From: Callorhinchus milii
Taxonomy: Eukaryota
Length of the DNA stretch: 64,000 bases
Assembly: GCF_018977255.1 (NCBI RefSeq)
Contig: NW_024704870.1
Location: 62,001-126,000 of the forward strand
Reading direction: 5' to 3'
Positions within the stretch are counted from its first letter, which is position 1. Each line of letters opens with the position of its first letter. The notes beneath the pieces are model-generated. The model ran no database searches, was not told the DNA's origin, and saw only the letters and a list, made by a program, of their open reading frames with translations. Positions 12,963 to 26,214 of this stretch are shown here, piece by piece. A program made the position numbers and the translations under genes.

Positions 12963-13926
12963 GGGATATAGGGAGAGATAGCAAAGTGATACACAGCGCT
13001 GTTAGACACCAGCAGCTCAGAGATGGATAATCTGGTGACAGATTGGGAAGCGTCAAGCTGAGAAGTGAAACGATTTCCAATTCCATCTCCTTTCCTTTCC
13101 TCTTCGTAACGTGAATATCTTCGCAGTATAAATTGTGGCTGTTTGTCTGGGTAATGTCGGTACCAGAACAGATAGTAATCGCTTTCAGTCGTGGAATAGG
13201 TACATTCAAAAGTCACGGTGTCTCCCACTTTCTTAAACATCACGGCACCTTTCTGACTGACAGGGTCCCCACGGCAGAGTTCTGTAATAAACATGGAAGA
13301 TAACGACGTTATATTATTAAAAAATTGCCTGAATTAACTTCTCAGCGCCTTTTGACGTTATTCTGATGAGAAAGATTCCATGTGGACTTCAATTGTAATG
13401 AAGTAACAGTAATAATCGCTGTGTTTAACATATCGGATTATCACATTGTTGGGAATTCTGAAAGCGCTCCACACAATATTACTGTAAAGTGAATTGCTGA
13501 GTATTTTTATGGGGAAAAGGCAGCAGCCATTGCGCACAGGAGTGTCCCACAGGAGTGTTCTGTGAGGCCTTTATTATTCGCGGTAAAGCGATCCGCCAAT
13601 CCAGTAAAAATGTTTGAGAAATTATCATTATTTGGAAGTTATTATTAGCACATTGTGTTCAAAAGGTAATGAAGGAAACAGTGTCGTTCTTGTTAATAGA
13701 AGACCACAGACTTGTGAATGGACAAGGTTTCGTCGTGTCCTGTCCGGGAATCGAACCCACGTCCTCTCACTTGAGAGGCGAGTGCTGTAACAACTGAGCT
13801 ACAGACTTCCCTCCAACAAATGTTGTTGTAATGGAGCTCACCATCAGCAGCAATACGGAATCAGCTCAACAGGGCCTCACCTGACATGAAGGTTCCCAGC
13901 ACCAGACAGACAGCAAACAGCCTCAT
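12963..13926 (-). pseudogene. TCR V (family ELCxGD): open frame but second canonical Cys lost (YHF)
   Basis: Leader 13881-13926, exon 12963-13281; RSS heptamer 12956-12962, 23-bp spacer, nonamer 12924-12932. Confidence 0.85.
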
Positions 13927-14724
13927 TGCTGCTCTTCAGTCTGTGTGGTGGTGTCTGTGCCATCAGTTTGCTGATAACCCGCAGTGATTGTCGGCATTGG
14001 CGGAGCCACAGTCTCACGTCACCTCATTGGCATCTCAGCCGCGTTTCAATACAGTATCCAATTGCTTTCAGAAAGCGGTTTTCACCAGTCACAGGGGAAG
14101 GGAATCCTCCCTTCAGCTCCTGGTAACAACGAAGGCCATAGCCCTAACTAGTAGACTGATCATCAAAATAAAATAACAATAATCGTTCAATTTGATGTAG
14201 GATATTATCACATTTTCCAGAAGACCGAAAGCGTTTCACATAATCTATTACATAGTGTAGTGACTTTGTATTTTGTGAGCGTATCAAGGCATACGATTGC
14301 GCACAGCAGTGTACAATAGATAGACGTGGATTGAGTGACCAAATTGTTTACCCCTTATTAATCTTTTAAGGGAAATATTAACGGCGGAATAGGAATCCGC
14401 CAGTCAGGTTCATATCTACTGCTCGCTAAACGGCGGTTTGTGCAGTAAGGAAACTTGCCCAACATTTCGCCCTATCGGGAATCGAACACCTGTCCCTCGC
14501 ATGCGAGGTATGTGCTCTAACCACGGTTATTGCATAAACAGTTGAGTTCATGGGATCATTGAGTTGTTTGTGTGACCGTCAGATGTGCTGTCAATGTGAT
14601 GTTCTCTTTGTGGCCCTGTCCCTTCCCACAGGCAATCGCTGCTGCGGCGTAGAGAGACGGGAGCACAAACCCACTAAACGCTGATAGTTTTTGTACGAGT
14701 CTCTGACTGGTTCCCATCACTGTG

Positions 14725-15582
14725 TGGTTGGAGAGCACAGTAATACACAGCGCTGTCAGACAGCTCCAACAGGGAGATGGTTAAACTGGTGAATTTTGTC
14801 GAGGTTTGGAGCTCTGCAGAGAACCGCTTTTTAGCGAAGTCTGCTTTATCTGTATAACCACCAGAACCCTTTTTAAGCACATACTGTGGTTGTGTTTCTT
14901 GTTGTTCCCGATACCAGTTTAAATAGTAGCCGCTCAGAGACGTATCATAATGACATTCCATGGTCACACTTCCTCCTTCTTTCCCAATCACTGAAGTCAC
15001 CTTCTGTGTCACAGAGTCTCCCTGGGTCAGGCCTGAAAGAAAAGAGCGTGGAGTCCTGTAGCTCAGTGGTGAGACAGCTCGCCTCGTAAGAGATACGACC
15101 CGGGTTCGATTCTCGGAGAGGACAGGGCACAATCTTAAGCAAATTTCCTTAACGCACTCTCCTCTGGTTAACCAACGCTAAGTAGAAATCTGTTGGTTAA
15201 ACAATTAGCTGATCCCTATCCGGGAAGAATATTCCGTTGAAAAAGAAAATAAAAGACATTTTTGAAATGTAGTCAGTGAATCGTTGATTATTTGGGGGAC
15301 ACTACTGTGCGCAATTGGCTACCGAGTCTCCCTCGCGAAACAGAAAGTCTCTGCAGTTGACAGTATATTACTTGAAGCGCCTTGAGACTGCTCGAAAACA
15401 TATTGAAGCGCCATATAAAACGCGATTACAATGATTATTATGTTTAATAATATGAGCAGAAAAGGAAACCGATTCAGTTAAATGATTTTAAAAAATAACT
15501 GAAAGATGTATAATTCTTATAATAAATTACCTATTAAAATGGCAGCGAGAACCAGACACAAACTGGTTCCCTCCAACCCCAT
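14725..15582 (-). CDS. Conventional TCR alpha/delta V (family GLTQGD), apparently functional
   Basis: Leader MGLEGTSLCLVLAAILI 15531-15582; exon 14725-15032 (MEC..WYREQ..DSAVYYCALQP); RSS CACAGTG-23-ACAAAAACT 14686-14724. Confidence 0.92.
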
Positions 15583-16900
15583 CACTTACTCCACAACTGA
15601 GCTCTTGAGTGGATAAGTTATTGGTGTTGATCGTAGGAGTATGGCTTTGAGTCTGGTTGGCACTTGATCGCTATGACCTCAGTTCCTAATCAAGTGACGC
15701 GAGCATCGTCTGCTCAACGTTGGAGGGAAGTTAAAGTGTCACAGTTTATCTTCTGGGGGGAAGTAAGAGTGAATTTCCTTCGAGCCCATTCAATTTAGTG
15801 ACAGGCTTGACACAGAAAGGAAGACCAGATTTGTTGGTTTCCATGATATCACAGAGGTAGGATTGTAAATAACCAAATAGGGATTTAAAGGTGAGTGTGA
15901 GGATCTTGAATTCGGTCTGAGGCGGTTGAATTCGCTGGCGAATGGGAGCGAGTAGATTGGGATAGGTTCAGATCAAAAACTAACGTAATCGTGTGTGAAA
16001 GTAACAGAACATACAGATTTTTGGATAGTATGCAATTTGTGAAGGGAAGGGGCAGGTTATTGAGTAAGCAGACACTTTGTGTAATCTTGCCTGGACATGA
16101 TCAACGCAAGAATTTAGATGTAAAATCAAGGAAACCAGCAGCCGAGCCTGAAAGAATAAATGTTCGCCTTCCATCATCTGAGGTGAATTACTTTTAGTTG
16201 TACGTTCTCTTATCTGTCAGAATGTTTTTGGTTCAGGATTCAAGTTGACAATTTGAGATCAAATTCTAGATTGAAATTCAAATTCATGAAACAATAATTC
16301 TTCATAAACTGTCATTCATGACAGCCGTTGCTCCCGTATCATAATGGAAACTAAAAGAGTAATTCGCAATCATTTTGCCAAAAGTCCCATGCGATCATTA
16401 TCTTCCACGTGAACAGACAAGTCAGTACCTCAGTCGAATAACAATAACAAACCTTTCATTTGATAAAGCACATTATCTCGTGTTAAGACGTCTTAAAGAG
16501 CTTCATTGAAAATATTGTAAAGTGAATTCATGGTACGTTTTGCGTCATCCAAGAATTGAATTTTTTTTATCTTTTATTTGAAGGATTTATTACCGACCCG
16601 GAAAAGTGATACAAAACGTTGGAAGGCCGCCGGATATAATTCTCTCTTCCAAATGATGCTCGACTTCAAAATACTCCGCTTCAAATCCCCTTCTGGATTA
16701 AAGATGACAATTTGTAAATGCTTAAATTTAGCTGGCAGCCTTCTTTGATTTCTTGATCAGTTGGACATTAATAGTAAAGTGTCGCCCTCTGAAGGCCAAT
16801 GTGCCACAATTCATCACTGCTTCATATTTCATGGCAAACTTGAAGTAAAGCAGTGATTGTAATAATAATGTGTTGAGGTTCCCAGTGGCTTATATTACTG

Positions 16901-16960
16901 AGGCTCAGAGTACAGTAACACTCCCCGCTGTCAGACACTGTGAGACCACAGATACTGAAG
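16901..16960 (-). pseudogene. V relic (FR3 end only)
   Basis: Copy of 5711-5770. Confidence 0.55.
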
Positions 16961-18010
16961 CCCCCCCTCCCACACACCAAATCCTCGCCTCACAATTATG
17001 TTGATCTGTTCTGAGCCCCAAAGGGCATTTTTTCATTATAATAGTTTACATTGCAACACAGAATTGAGCCAATCTTGCCAACGGCAATTGTACATTGTTG
17101 TACTTGCGGACTATTTAACCAGTAATAAATAGGAATCCGTTGTTATTCGATTGACGAACCACATTCCGGGTTAATAATCCCTCCGAAAGGTGTTGGTCAC
17201 TGCTCTCCACCAATCGACTAACAGATGAGTTCGTACTTACTGCTATTTAAACAGAGGTGTGTGGCATAAAGAAACTTGCCCATCGTTTCGCCCCACCGTG
17301 AGTCGAACACAGGTCTCTCACTGTCGAGGTGAGTGTTCTAACCACTGAGCGACCGGACATCGCAGATATAAACTTTGAATCAATATTGGTCATTGATTGG
17401 AACATTGGCACATTGAAATACCGAACATTTGTTTGTCAATCTGAAACTTTAGGAAACCCATCGCCAAGCTATAGAGACTCCAAATATCGCTACCTCCCAT
17501 CTCCTCATGGAAATCACTGAAATAGTCTTTTTGAATGGAATGAGCATTCTCCTCCCTTATGGAACTGTGCAGTTTAGCTAAATCCGTCAATGATTAGCCG
17601 CAAGTTGGCGAGAACCAAGGCTTGAGGACCCCCACATTACGCTTTGGGGTAACTGTTGCTGTATAACCAGCTAATGCCACATAGTTTCCCGTTCACACCG
17701 CCAATTCGCAGCAACTTCTTTTCGCAGTATATTTTGTGAAGCCGTTTGAGACATCTCGAAGTCGCGATAAGGCGCTACATTAAATGTAAGATTCACTATT
17801 AATTCGTTCACTCTTTCCCTACACGAACTGTTCCATCACATTTTGCTTGTGGTTGGCAATCAGCCGCGTGTTTCCTCTGAGAGACACAGGAGCAAAGTAA
17901 AAAATGTGAATTAGGTCAACTGTCAGCATTAACATCTGTGCTGAGATGAGACCCTTTCTCTCCTCTTTGGAGGTTTATGCACAGTGATGTAGTCTGACAG
18001 TAACACTGTG

Positions 18011-18317
18011 TGTGTGATGGCACAGTAATGTTTGACCATGTCAGGTAGAGCCACGGGGAACACAAATAGAGTGGATCTCTTCCTGCCCATGTACAGATTT
18101 GGCTTTAAACTTTGCGTTGCAAATTCAGCAATGAATACATCCCCCTCAGAATCATGTCTCCTTGTGTACAGAGGAGGTTCTCTTGGATACTGTCGATACC
18201 AGAATATTAAAACATTGGTGGAATCAGCAGAGAAGGTGCAGCTCAGGGTTACAGTCTGTACTTCAGTAACAGACGTTTCCACCTCTGATGGATCAACACT
18301 GACTCCATCTCCTGTCC
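18011..18317 (-). pseudogene. Degenerate TCR V (family GDGVSVEPSE): open frame, no intact leader found
   Basis: TLSC..FWYRQYP..DMVKHYCAIT; RSS CACAGTG-23-GCATAAACC 17972-18010. Confidence 0.75.
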
Positions 18318-19426
18318 CTATAGCCAGAGAAAACATGTTTATCAGTGTCATACAAAGCCCGGAGGTAAATCCACTAATTGTTTCAAGGGTTAGGGAGAAA
18401 GATTTAACATCATGCACAATAAACGTGAATGTAACATCGCAAAGGAATTAACAGCGCAAATGTGCTGCCCTGTTAACCACAAAGCACATAGCAACTCAAA
18501 TTTGCAATCAAAATATGTGAAGAGCTTTAAGTTATACTCTATACCGAAAACATATAAGGACTGTTGTTCCTTCATCTCCAGGATTTATTTTCTATGCTGG
18601 GTTGTCAAAAAATCAGCCTTGTGCTCCAACGTAGGTCAAGTAATACCCATTGATTATCTTGACTTCATCTACTGCAAGTAACATAATAGCAATGATTGCA
18701 TTTGATGGAGTGATTGTACATTTTCATCTTTAGCGCACAACAAAATTATTATTTGCCAATTAGTTTTGTAGTTGTCATTACCCCAGATAATAATTTGACA
18801 GTCGACCAGCAAACGCGTTCTCACGTACTGCAAGAAAAACAGAGGCGCGAGTATGGAGTAAAGAAACTTGACCAACTTTTCGCACTGCCTGGGATTTGAA
18901 CCCATGTCCTCTCACTAACGATTAAGGTACAAGTCTCCACTGACATTAAAATATCACTTTAAAACAAATCAGTGTGAAAATATATGTAACAGCATTTCAA
19001 GTGCCCGCTGTAACAAACAAAAAATTGGATTAGGCCTTTTTACTGCAAAATGTACAGTCAATTCAATTTATAGAATAATCTGAGAAGCGCATTGAGAAGT
19101 CTCAATGAAGTGCTGCGACTAAAAGTCAAATGGAAAGATTATGTTAATTGTTATTTTATTTTTATTACTATTATTATTAACATGTAAAAGTTCCAACAAA
19201 CATTTATCACAATCTTCTCTCTGTTGGTGAAGAACATCTCAACTATACAGTAAGAAAAGTATCACATATTTTAGCTGACTTGACAAACCTCAACAAGATG
19301 TGAGCTATGGTGGCATTTGGCAGAAGGTTTGTTACACTCTCTGTCGCTAACTGTATTGTACTGTTTCCCAGCTTTGGTTGTGATGAGGGTTATTGTACGA
19401 GGCTTCCTATGATGTGTATCACTGTG

Positions 19427-19728
19427 GTGCAGACTGAGTGCACAGTGATACATAGCGGAGTCTGTCAGCCGCAGGTCGGCGATGGTTAAAACGCTGATTT
19501 TCTTGGCAGTGTCAAGAGAAGCAGAAATATGATCTCCAGTGGGGTTTCCTCCCTCTCCTGAGGGGTTTCTGTGGAGCAGGTATTTCAGTTCCTCGCCAGG
19601 GGACTGACGGTACCAGGAGACGCTGAAATCCTGTCCGCAGTATCCTGAATATTGGCAATGTAAATTTATCCTCTCACCAGCAAAAGCAGTTTGTTCAGGC
19701 GGTGACTGGGAAACTGTATAACTGGATC
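19427..19728 (-). CDS. STCRDV: Leaderless supporting TCR-delta V with CDR1 Cys
   Basis: SSYTVSQSPPEQTAF..HCQYSGYCGQ..WYRQ..YHCALSLH; phase-1 acceptor in frame with the J donor at 21523; RSS 19388-19426. Confidence 0.92.
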
Positions 19729-19929
19729 CTGCGGGACGCAAATTACAGTTTACTTAGAGTCATGGAATCATTGAATCTTTCAGCACAGAAAGAGGCCATT
19801 CAGCCCATTGTGTCTGTGAAAAGAGCTTTGAAAAAAGCCAACCAATATAATTCCACTCTCTCGCAATGAACACATAGAACTTTATAATTCCTTTTGATGC
19901 ATCCAGACAATTCCATACTGAAATTATCT

Positions 19930-20300
19930 TTCGAATCTGTTTCCACCACCCGTTGAGGCAGCACATTGCATTCAATAGGAATTTTCAGTGAAAATAAATC
20001 CTTCTGCTCTCCCCTCTTGTTCTTTTACCACTTATCATACATTTGGGTTCATTGGTGACTGAACCACTTGCCAGTGGAAGCATGTTATCCTTCTCTGCTC
20101 TATCAAAAACACTCACAGCTCTGAACACTTCATCTAAATCTCCGCTAAACCTTCGATGCTCTCAGGAGAAGATTGCCAGATTCTTCATACAAACTAATTC
20201 CCTCTGTCTTGGTATCATTTTGCTAAATGGCCTTTGCACCCTGTCCAAGGCCTTCACGCATGTGTCCGTGAAAGGTACAAAGATAAATGTAGGGATTAAT
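19930..20300 (-). mobile_element. CR1-type LINE 3' RT fragment
   Basis: ALDRVQRPFSKMIP..FS..FSGDLDEVFR..LPLA..GKRTRGESRR motifs across frameshifts. Confidence 0.75.
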
Positions 20301-21523
20301 GTTACATCAACAGTGGAAGGAGCAATGGGATGTATTAAAATAGGCATTTCTTGTAGCTGAGCCATGTTTTATTGCAGACGCAAACCTTATTTCTATGACT
20401 GTATACCATTGATATGATCTCTCATAAATGAACCGTTTAATTAAGGTTTGTTTCTCTAATCTTATATTTGTTTGCTTTTGCGGTTTGTCGACATTGAGGC
20501 TTTGAGTGTCTGCGATCGTGGGAATGTTTAGCAGAGAATCAGGTGTCAGGTTGTACCGTTAACTTCAGCGCGTTTACAGTTGAAGCAAATGGAAAGCTTC
20601 TCTGCTGTAAATATCGTTACTTTAACATCGCTGCTGAGGAGATTTATTCTCTGGTTTGTTGCCAATATCAGTTTCCCTCTCAGTCTGTGGGCTGCTCATT
20701 GCAGTTTCACTTGTGCCAGAAGCAAAGTGCTTTCTCTCTCTCTCTCTCTTTATGTGTTGCTTCCNNNNNNNNNNNNNNNNNNNNNNNNNNNNNNNNNNNN
20801 NNNNNNNNNNNNNNNNNNNNNNNNNNNNNNNNNNNNNNNNNNNNNNNNNNNNNNNNNNNNNNNNNNNNNNNNNNNNNNNNNNNNNNNNNNNNNNNNNNNN
20901 NNNNNNNNNNNNNNNNNNNNNNNNNNNNNNNNNNNNNNNNNNNNNNNNNNNNNNNNNNNNNNNNNNNNNNNNNNNNNNNNNNNNNNNNNNNNNNNNNNNN
21001 NNNTTTCTTTCTTTCGTTCTGTCCCTCTTTCTTTCTTTCTGTCCCTCTTTCTGTCTAATTCTTTTTTCATTCTTTCTTCAAATGTCATGGCTTACATTTT
21101 CGCAACATGCAGTGTTTTTGCAGGCTTGCATATTGACTTGCTTGTTGGTGTAGAATAAAGCAGAATTACCTGGGATCTCTCAGCGAATATGGAGAGAGGA
21201 AAGTGTGTTAACGTTTCAGGTGGATGAACTTGATTCAGAAATTTAGACCCCACTTTTCGGGAGAACAGAGGAGGTTATTGATGATAATACATCATTTTAC
21301 CCAGCTCAAGTACAAATTCATTACCCAATTAATATCAATTTACTCTGGTCATGTTCCTTTGGAACTACTATGCAATCCAAATCAGTGACTTTCAAAACAT
21401 GGAAATAAAAGTTGGTCATTTGAGAAACAAACCTTGATGTAGTATTCGGTTAGAATAATGTTTTTTGACAAACTCACGTGAATAAACTTTTATGTTAATT
21501 CGTTAGAAATGTTTCGCACTTAC

Positions 21524-21579
21524 TTTTCGTTACAGTTACTTTGGTTCCTGATCCATCTTCTGTATATTCCTTATAATAA
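21524..21579 (-). CDS. NTCRJ: NAR-TCR J segment
   Basis: YYKEYTEDGSGTKVTVTK + GTAAG donor; RSS heptamer 21580-21586, 23-bp spacer, nonamer 21610-21618. Confidence 0.92.
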
Positions 21580-21962
21580 CACAGTAACACAGCTCTGACT
21601 CTACAAGGTGCAAAAACTGTTCCATCGAGTCATGGTTTAATCCTGGCACCAAAACAAGCAAATGCAGACAAATTGTTAATAAATTCCTATACTTATACCA
21701 CACAGTCCCATTTGTATAGTATTCCTTTGTCCAAATCATGCTTATTTTCAGTAAGTTTTCCACATAAACACAGTCAAAGCGCAAAGCCCGAAGAACATTT
21801 TCCTGCAAATAATTCTACAAAATATGTGGAAATAATTAGCATTGAAAGCTAACTTTCGATACTTTCTGGAGCACAAAACAGGACAATGTTAGCGGTGATC
21901 ACGTCTCATGTATTTCCCTGAATACTAGCAGTGCGGTAAGTGTGCTGATGTTTTCCAATGTG

Positions 21963-21976
21963 GCTTCCCCAGCGAG
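21963..21976 (-). CDS. NTCRD: NAR-TCR D segment (12/12 RSS)
   Basis: CTCGCTGGGGAAGC; flanked by cacagtg-12-acaaaaata (21977-22004) and ggtaagtgt-12-caatgtg (21935-21962). Confidence 0.88.
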
Positions 21977-22366
21977 CACAGTGTTTAATGTCAACACAAA
22001 AATACAGGTTTGCAAAACAATTCAAATGATTTCTGCCATTTACAAATGATCAACTAATCACATAACGTGTAAAATTCTTTTGAATATTTTCTCAATAAAT
22101 TTGCATGCCGTCTGTCTCTTGCAATAATGTATAAGGTATATGAATTCAAACAACGTAGTAACTTCAGATTGATACACACTCACTTTTCCTAAGTATTCAT
22201 AACTGACAGTCGCTGCTTAAAGGAAGTATTCTTAAACATAGCTGCACATCACACACGAATGAGGAACATGCACTGAACTCATCGGCAATTTCACATTCTC
22301 TGTGTTTTTCCTGTGAGTTGGTGACGGGGCTTTTTGTATTGTTGGAAGCCCAGATACGGCATTGTG

Positions 22367-23083
22367 GTATCCCAGTCATATCGAGCTCTACAGTAATAAT
22401 CAGCGCTGTCTTCAACTTGCAAGTCATTAATTTCCAGAGAAGAGGACCACGATCCCTTGTCTGTCTTCACAACAAACCGTCCTTCACGAGGAATGGGCTT
22501 CCAATTTCTTTCATTTGGAAACCGCCTATAAAACTCCATACTTTTGAATTTGCTTAGAAAGCTTGCTGAGAAGACGCAGTTGATGGTTAGAGACTCGCAT
22601 TCTTCTCTTCTAATAGAGGATGGCGTCTGTGTTACTGAGGCGCTGAAAACATCTGAGAAATTATGCACAATATTACATCAGTTTAACAGATTTTCAACGT
22701 TGACCACTGCTATTACAATTTCAGTGCAACTTTTGGCTTTATCTCCCTTGATATCAGTTGATATAATATACTCAGGATTATGTAATATCATTATTATATT
22801 AATTAATTAATATGATTATAATATATAATGAAACAAAAGTAAAATAATTGCCTGTCGCGTTTCGCCCATCAAAATACAAAGTTATTTCAGTACAAAATTA
22901 TTATTTGAAGCGATTTGAGACGTCCCATCCACATCATAACGCTATACATCAATTACAAGGATAATTTGTATAGTGTAGTTACAGTACTGATGACATTCAC
23001 TGGTGCTGTGAAGTGCTGTGTTGTGGAAACAACCACTTACATTGTAAGAAGAGGAAGGAGATGGAGACACAGAGGAGAGACAT
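22367..23083 (-). CDS. NTCRV: NAR-TCR V (IgNAR-like V domain)
   Basis: Leader 23041-23083; exon 22367-22652 ASVTQTPSSIRREECESLTINCVF..FYRR..GRFVVKTDKGSWSSSLEINDLQVEDSADYYCRARYDWD, with the VNAR-like short CDR2 region; RSS CACAATG-22-ACAAAAAGC 22329-22366. Confidence 0.93.
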
Positions 23084-23876
23084 CCTCTCACCGCTGGGAG
23101 ATACCGTCAGCCCCGGACACCTCAGAGTGACTGTAGGTAACACAGGGCTGTTCTGTAAGAGCGTTGGAGACTTGGTTTATTTATGATGAACAGCGTCACA
23201 TCATGGCTGGTGTCAGCGGCTTTGAGGGGTGGGAGGGGTGTGGTTCGGGGGTGGAGGGGAAGAACATACATGAGGAAGGGGACTGACTCACTGTGCCCGA
23301 GAGCAATGGGCAGAGAGGGGGATTTGGTGATGACTGTTCGAGGCTCATTTAGGTTTAAATGGACAACTGACGGGGAAGCCAACGAGATGGAGTATAACCT
23401 GTCACTGTGAAGGGACAAAGGCTGTGTGATGTAGAGAGGGACTTCACTGAGAATTGGGAAAGACACAGAAATAAACTATTTACACACCTTTGACTTGGAG
23501 TGAGTTCTATTGCAGTGACCAGCAGCAGGACGGGGAAGCCGGTCAATGCAGCAGTGAGATAGTGAGATATGGGTGATGATGGGTAAGAAGGAGGAGGGAG
23601 AAATAGGGGTAAAGGAGTATGTGTTGGGGTGATATATATTTCGTGGGGATTGAAGGGGTGACAAGGAGATGAAGGGCTGCGGGGGACATGGAGGAGGAAG
23701 AGAAGGCAGCGAAAATGATGATTACTATTCAGCATATCATGTGAAGTGGTTTACAACGACTTAACGTTATGGTAATTCACTTTATGATAATAATAATTAT
23801 TCTCATTGTTATTAATTCACTTTGTTACATACAACCATTATTATTAATAATTAATGTCTCGGACTATCTGGTCCAC

Positions 23877-23924
<48 letters not shown>

Positions 23925-25300
23925 TTCGCTGGCTCTCTTTATTTAGATCCTCAGGAAATTTTCCTGCTGCACACACACATCCACACAAACACAAATATAC
24001 ACATACACAAAACAAACACACACACACACATATACACAAACCCAGACACACACCCTCTCTTTAGCGGTAAGCACAAATCTGCATATTTTTCGAATGTTGG
24101 ACCGCTTTCCAGTGGCAAAAATGTCTACAATGTAATAATGATAATAATTTGATTACTTAATCCACGACTGTGTAGAGGAAGCGGCCTATGTTTTTCCTTT
24201 TCGCTTAAAAAACAATCATTACCCTTTGCAGCATGTTCGGTGAAAAGTTTTGGGGCGTCTCGTTGACGTGATGAGACGCTGTGTAAAATGCAATGAATGT
24301 TATTTTTATTAAGTCCTTTCACGAAGGTCATTGGTTTTGAGCACTGAGATGATTTAGGGGGTGTGAGGAGGGAGCTGATCGCTAGTGGAATTGGAAGCTT
24401 GTGACTATTTTTTGACTTGAACCATGGACTGGGAGGTGAAAGCAATTTGGGACTGTGTGTGAGGGAGAGTAGATATATTTGATCATGTTGGAGCCCACTT
24501 TATTCTTATAACCATAATAATCCTTGCATTTGATACTCAACATTTTCACGTCCCAAAGCCATTCAAAAATATACTGAAGAGTTGATCTATTTCATGTTGA
24601 GGTGGAAAAACGAATCAGCCAATTGTGCTCATCAGTGGCCCACAAACAGTCGTAGATTGAGTGACCGAATTAATATTTTAGTTATGTAATTATTGACATG
24701 TTTTAAAATAAACATGTAATTGTTTTATTTTAAGGGATTATTGCCGCCGGTAAGTTAACCTCCAAACGAATAACATGAGTGTTCCTATTTACTGGTAAAT
24801 ACACAAAGTCGTGTGTGGCTTAAGGAAAGTTGCCTAAGGTTTCTCGCCACCCGAGAATCGGACTCAGATCATCTCACTTGCGAAACTTGTGATTTGACCA
24901 CAAAGTTAAAAGACTCCACATTATTGCACGAATGAGGTATCTTCCTGACGTGAAAGCTGCTGTTTAACAGTCAGTTTTATTTTATTGTTATATGTCGGCA
25001 CCTATCGGCATTTCAGTAGAATGTCAGTGTGTATTCGTGGTTTGAGTGACCAAATTATTACTATTATTTAAAGAACTTATTAACCCCAGAAACCAATCCC
25101 TCAATCGACTAACAATCGTGTTCTTATTTACTGCTAAACAAACTGAGGTGTGTGGAGTAAGGAAAGTTGCCCAATATTTTGCACGGCTGGGAATCAAACA
25201 CAAGTCTATCGTTTGCGAGGCGAGTGCTCTAACCACTGAGCTGCAAGGCTCCACCTTGGGAGGTTTTTGTACAGGGAAGTCATTGACTTGCAGCACTGTG

Positions 25301-26214
25301 CTTCTGTTCTTAAGCCACAATAATATGTGGCAGCGTCAGTGACAATGACACTGGATATGCTTAATGTGGTTTTTCTCTGATTCGTGTCAAGCTGTGAAGT
25401 GAAACGGCCTTTGGCGAAATCTGCTGTGTTGTCATTTCCATCAGTATCCCTGTAGAGAATGTATTGGGGAGCCAGACCCGGGTGATGTCTGTACCAGTAC
25501 AGAGCAGCATAGGACGAGCTGGTGGTATATGAGCAGCTCAGACTCACTGTGTCTCCCTCTTGTTTGCTCAGCCCCGCTGTCTGCTCTCTGACTGAATCTC
25601 CCAGCACCACATCTGCAACGAGAGGAAAAGATCAACATCAAACATAGAGCTATTGATGTCCTGCAGATCAATGATTAGTGCACTCGCCTCGCAAGGGAGA
25701 CGACAAGGGTTCAATTCCCGGGCAGGACAGGGAGAAACCTTAGGCAAGTTTCCTTACTACACATAAACGCCTCTGTTTACCAAGCAATAAGTAGGAACAC
25801 AGTTGTTGGAAGATTGGCGGAAGCTTTTCCTCGGATAATAAATTTAAAAAAATAAACGTGGTCACTCAATCCACCACTTTTTGTGGAAGTCTCATGTACA
25901 CAAATGGCAGCCGCGTTTCTCTCTCACCATTGCGGTCAGTTGACTTGTCCATGAATACTGAGACGCGCTTTGTGACGCCTTCATTATATTAAGGCGTTTT
26001 ATCAAACATAAAAATTACTATTACTAGCTTTCCATTGCTAACATCTCAACTAACAAACCCAGCTCGGTTGACCAACCAGGTCTGCCAAACGCAATGGCCC
26101 ATCATCCTACTGATGAAAACGCCTCTCTATATTAATATTAATCTGTACTCTATGTTTCACAGCCTCACCTGACATTAAGCTCAATGTGAGAAGGTATTCG
26201 ATGAACAGCCACAT
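25301..26214 (-). CDS. Conventional TCR alpha/delta V (family QTAGLSK), apparently functional
   Basis: Leader MWLFIEYLLTLSLMS 26169-26214; exon 25301-25612 (LSC..WYRH..DAATYYCGLRT); RSS CACAGTG-23-ACAAAAACC 25262-25300. Confidence 0.92.
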
